The position numbers and the translations under genes are program-made. This document shows, in pieces, positions 44,133 to 44,868 of a DNA stretch of 44,868 bases (position 1 is the stretch's first letter; each line of letters opens with the position of its first letter). Origin of the DNA: an uncultured Mycoplasmatota bacterium. Its GTDB lineage: Bacteria > Bacillota_I > Bacilli_A > RF39 > UBA660. The stretch covers positions 1-44,868 of the forward strand of contig CAMOFW010000001.1 of assembly GCA_946613765.1 (NCBI GenBank). Reading direction: 5' to 3'. The notes below the pieces were generated by a model. The model was not told the DNA's origin. It saw only the letters and a program-made list of their open reading frames with translations, and did no database searches.

Positions 44133-44868
44133 ATGGAAAAATATTATGATGATAAAGGTATTTTTATCAATTATTATGAAATGATAGGTGTAAATAAAGA
44201 TGCATCTACTGAAGAAATTATTAGAAAAGGTAATAGTGCAATTATGTTTGCTGGTGATATTTCAAGAAGCAATGCTAATATGGAGAAAGTAAGTGAAAAA
44301 GAGAAATATCAATACTTCTTAGCTATTATGGAAGCTGTAAAAGTTTTATCTAATAGTGAAACTAGAGCAGAATATGATGCTGTATATGATAAAGAAATGG
44401 CTAAATCAAGTCAAAGCCATGAAAGTATTCTACAATCTAATGAACAATTAGAGAATTTACTTAAAGAAAATGAAAATTTAAGAAAATTAAATGACGAAAG
44501 AGAAGAATACATTAAAGAATTAGAACGTAAGTTATCTACTAAATCTAATCAAGAAACTATTGATGATTATAAAGAAGATGAAGATATCACCGATGAAGAT
44601 ATTCATGCAATTATTGATGATATGATGGCTAAAGATAAAGATTTAGATAATTCTAATACTAATATTAAAAACGTTACTATTGGTTTAGATAGTGAAGAAG
44701 ATAAAGAAATAGAACAACCTACTGATGATGATAAGGTTGAAAGTGATAAAGAAGAAGATAAAAAGGATATCGTTGGTAATAAACCTATATTTAGGGATAC
44801 TGAAGAAGAACCTCAAAAGGTTGTTGAAACAGAAGAAATTGATAAGAATAGTAAGATAGCTTTAAAAG
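44133..44868 (+). CDS. J-domain-like protein lacking HPD, with coiled-coil and highly acidic region (3' partial, runs off window)
   Basis: Manual translation starts MEKYYDDKGIFINYYEMIGVNKDASTEEIIRK and includes AVKVLSNSETRAEYD (J-domain helices I/II and IV). AGD (44250..44258) stands where HPD is expected. The frame stays open to the window end. Confidence 0.65.
   Translation, partial: MEKYYDDKGIFINYYEMIGVNKDASTEEIIRKGNSAIMFAGDISRSNANMEKVSEKEKYQYFLAIMEAVKVLSNSETRAEYDAVYDKEMAKSSQSHESILQSNEQLENLLKENENLRKLNDEREEYIKELERKLSTKSNQETIDDYKEDEDITDEDIHAIIDDMMAKDKDLDNSNTNIKNVTIGLDSEEDKEIEQPTDDDKVESDKEEDKKDIVGNKPIFRDTEEEPQKVVETEEIDKNSKIALK

Noticed and set aside
1-44868. CRISPR arrays, tandem DNA repeats, IS elements, tRNA or rRNA genes
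   Set aside because: None were seen. The only structured, GC-enriched non-coding segments are ssrA and the rpsJ leader. The repetitive-looking segments (L3 tail, acidic region of the J-like protein) are in-frame coding low-complexity sequence.

Overview
AT-rich, low-GC Firmicute-type chromosomal segment transcribed almost entirely on the minus strand. The core is the complete S10-spc-alpha ribosomal supercluster (rpsJ at 16304 down to rplQ at 2331). It includes secY, adk, map, infA, rpoA and a 37-aa rpmJ missing from the ORF track; there is no rpmD/L30. Other housekeeping genes are ychF, gpmI, spo0A, lgt, uvrA, a small radical-SAM/SPASM gene, a parA-parB-mscS-DUF951-AbgT-like operon, ftsH, tilS, a YitT-family gene, prfB with the classical programmed +1 frameshift, htrA, a cwlD-like amidase and ssrA (tmRNA, 372 nt, CCA encoded). 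spo0A, cwlD and CotF-like genes indicate a spore-former. TGA is a stop codon (RF2 present with an in-frame TGA recoding site), so the code is standard. A DUF285 lipoprotein and a tmRNA tag ending in FA suggest an Erysipelotrichia-like lineage; this is inference only. I saw no rRNA, tRNA, CRISPR array, transposase or integrase. The most unusual content is a two-gene cassette with its own promoter between ftsH and parA. It encodes a 651-aa protein with a canonical prepilin N-terminus, three beta-sandwich-like modules, a thrombospondin type-1-repeat-like module and a Cys/Gly/His tail, followed 12 nt later by a DUF285/BspA-like lipoprotein. No pilus machinery is present in the window. Second-tier items:
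- an Abi_2/HEPN abortive-infection-type gene abutting htrA;
- a GC-rich structured leader upstream of rpsJ;
- a Spo0A with a degenerate acidic pocket and a perfect 0A box upstream;
- an 18-nt promoter-proximal motif shared by ssrA and tilS;
- an HPD-less J-like domain protein;
- C-terminal add-ons on FtsH (Rho_N-like) and L3 (acidic repeats).
All homology calls come from reading the translations by eye. No searches were run.
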